A stretch of DNA of 63,969 nt, counting the filler, from Licmophora abbreviata (Eukaryota), in assembly GCA_900291995.1 (NCBI GenBank). It is 12 parts of 12 records of this genome, joined end to end, with 100 filler letters (N's around TTAATTAATTAA, not from the genome) between each part and the next. Parts side by side here need not be neighbours in the genome. Positions count along the whole stretch, not along the records: positions 62,389 to 63,969 come from OLMU01002483.1; 11 more parts are not named here. One strand, written 5' to 3'. Shown here in pieces: positions 62,389 to 63,969 of this stretch (position 1 is its first letter; each line of letters opens with the position of its first letter). The position numbers and the translations under genes were made by a program. Under the pieces are notes generated by a model. It ran no database searches. It saw only the letters and a program-made list of their open reading frames with translations, and had not been told where the DNA came from.

Positions 62389-62615
62389 AGTTCCTTCCGC
62401 GCCATTGCAAGAACAAGTACCTTCCGCAATTCCGTTGTTGTGTCGAACCATTTTTATACCTGTACGTCGTATTCGTAAACTCCACGTGGAGTGCATCCCA
62501 GCGCGCAGTTCTTCGGCTTCTTTTCTCCGATTGGATTGATTCGGCACAGATCTTCTGTTCGGGTTTTGTCTTTATGACGGCATCGCCATCACACCATCAC
62601 CATCACTCTACTACG

Positions 62616-63530
62616 ATGATCCTCTCCCTTTCCTCCGTCGTTACACTTTTGGCGCTCCTCTGGGAAGGATCAAGTGCCTTGTCGGTTCACGTACCGGCAT
62701 TTCGAGCTCAAAAGTCCTCCAGACTAGCCGCTTCTGCCGTTCCAAATCAAGATGTCGATACTCCTCCCGATCTCGACAGCGAAAAGAAACCGAGCAGCAG
62801 CAGCAAGATCCCATCGTCGCCAGCGGCAGTCTTTGGATCACCCCTCGATGAAGATACCAAGAAGCGAAACAAGAAAATGATTGGGGCGGCAAAGTCCGTC
62901 TTGTTCGATGTCCTTTTTGCTGGCGAGACTGTCGATCGGGCCTACGCTCGATTCCACTGCTTGGAAACTGTGGCTCGAGTACCTTACTTTTCCTATCTCA
63001 GCGTTCTTCATCTCTACGAGACGCTTGGGTGGTGGCGTCGAGCGGACTATATTAAACTTCACTTTGCAGAGTCCTGGAACGAGCTTCACCATCTTTTGAT
63101 CTTTGAAGAACTTGGCGGCAACGACCGATGGGCGGATCGCTTCATTGCACAGCATGCGGCATTCTTCTACTACTGGATCGTGGTCACGGCTTACATGATC
63201 AACCCCTCCTTTGCATACAATCTCAATCAAGCCGTGGAAGAACATGCTTATGAAACGTACAGTACCTTTATTGATGAAAACAAGGATTTTCTAGAGACAT
63301 TGCCGGCTCCACACGTCGCCAAGGAATACTATCGCGATGGAGACTTGTACATGTTTGACGAAATGCACGCCTCGGCAGCTTCCACATCCTCAGTGCGTAG
63401 ACCCAAGTGTGATACTCTCTACGACGCCTTTTGCAATGTGCGAGACGACGAATGGGAACACGTTAAGACGATGGCATTTTTGCAAGAAGTCGACGCTGAC
63501 CTGGTCGGTGCCAACACGCGGTCGCGATGA
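62616..63530 (+). CDS. PTOX: Plastid terminal oxidase (alternative oxidase family)
   Basis: LETVARVPYF, NELHH, EEHAYETY and DDEWEH di-iron ligands; signal plus transit peptide. Confidence 0.93.
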   Translation: MILSLSSVVTLLALLWEGSSALSVHVPAFRAQKSSRLAASAVPNQDVDTPPDLDSEKKPSSSSKIPSSPAAVFGSPLDEDTKKRNKKMIGAAKSVLFDVLFAGETVDRAYARFHCLETVARVPYFSYLSVLHLYETLGWWRRADYIKLHFAESWNELHHLLIFEELGGNDRWADRFIAQHAAFFYYWIVVTAYMINPSFAYNLNQAVEEHAYETYSTFIDENKDFLETLPAPHVAKEYYRDGDLYMFDEMHASAASTSSVRRPKCDTLYDAFCNVRDDEWEHVKTMAFLQEVDADLVGANTRSR

Positions 63531-63969
63531 TAATGATGATGAAAGATTGTTTGCGACGAGCTCTATAGGTTCCAGTCGAACTAATAGTATAAGTGCACAA
63601 CCATTGCAAAAATCACCAACTAAGCTATGGTATACTACATGGCTAGAAGATGTCATAGTATGCACACGTTTCGAAGAGACTTTGATCAACAACCAAGGTT
63701 CCATTCGATATGCAAAACGAGCGATCGACTCGTCACGGGAACCCTTTCTTACTATCGGAAAAGAATCCGTTCAAAAGCTTGGTAGTTTCCTTGCACTTTT
63801 TCTTGCACATGTAGGCTTGATAAGACATCGTTCCGACCGAGATAGACCCGCCCACAGCAATGATTGGAATAAGCAAAGGCTGCACCGACGCCAAGGAGAC
63901 GATCTAAGCCGGAGTAAACTAGAAATTACGATGGGAAAGACGCGTGCTAACGTGAGAAAGTGTTGCTCG

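Overview
Gene-dense, intron-containing eukaryotic nuclear DNA, most likely from a pennate diatom. Evidence: short GT-AG introns (mostly 80-150 nt), bipartite plastid presequences, and diatom-expanded families such as DUF6824. The window is 12 contig pieces joined by eleven artificial 100-nt spacers (N44-TTAATTAATTAA-N44). Two joins show 35- and 39-nt end overlaps, so those contigs are probably true neighbours. About 35 protein genes are supportable, including DCN1, thioredoxin, WS/DGAT, cystatin, PHYHD1, ApaG, PP2A-C, an AAAP transporter, a kinase, class 1A DHODH, IscA/SufA, a RibA-RibB fusion, rhomboid, SPP, GAPDH, a P4H-like oxygenase, ubinuclein, WD40, TMEM144, NBR1/p62 and PTOX. I recognised no RNA genes, CRISPR arrays or transposons. 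Best leads: (1) an intronless bacterial OpuAC/ProX betaine-type binding protein with a signal peptide and GPI-like tail, lying next to an AAAP transporter, a candidate surface osmolyte-scavenging module; (2) a diverged 'empty' copy of a locus that lacks almost exactly the 3-kb gene; (3) a class 1A DHODH with a C-terminal membrane anchor; (4) reversed domain order in the riboflavin enzyme. All family calls are by eye from motifs; no searches were run.
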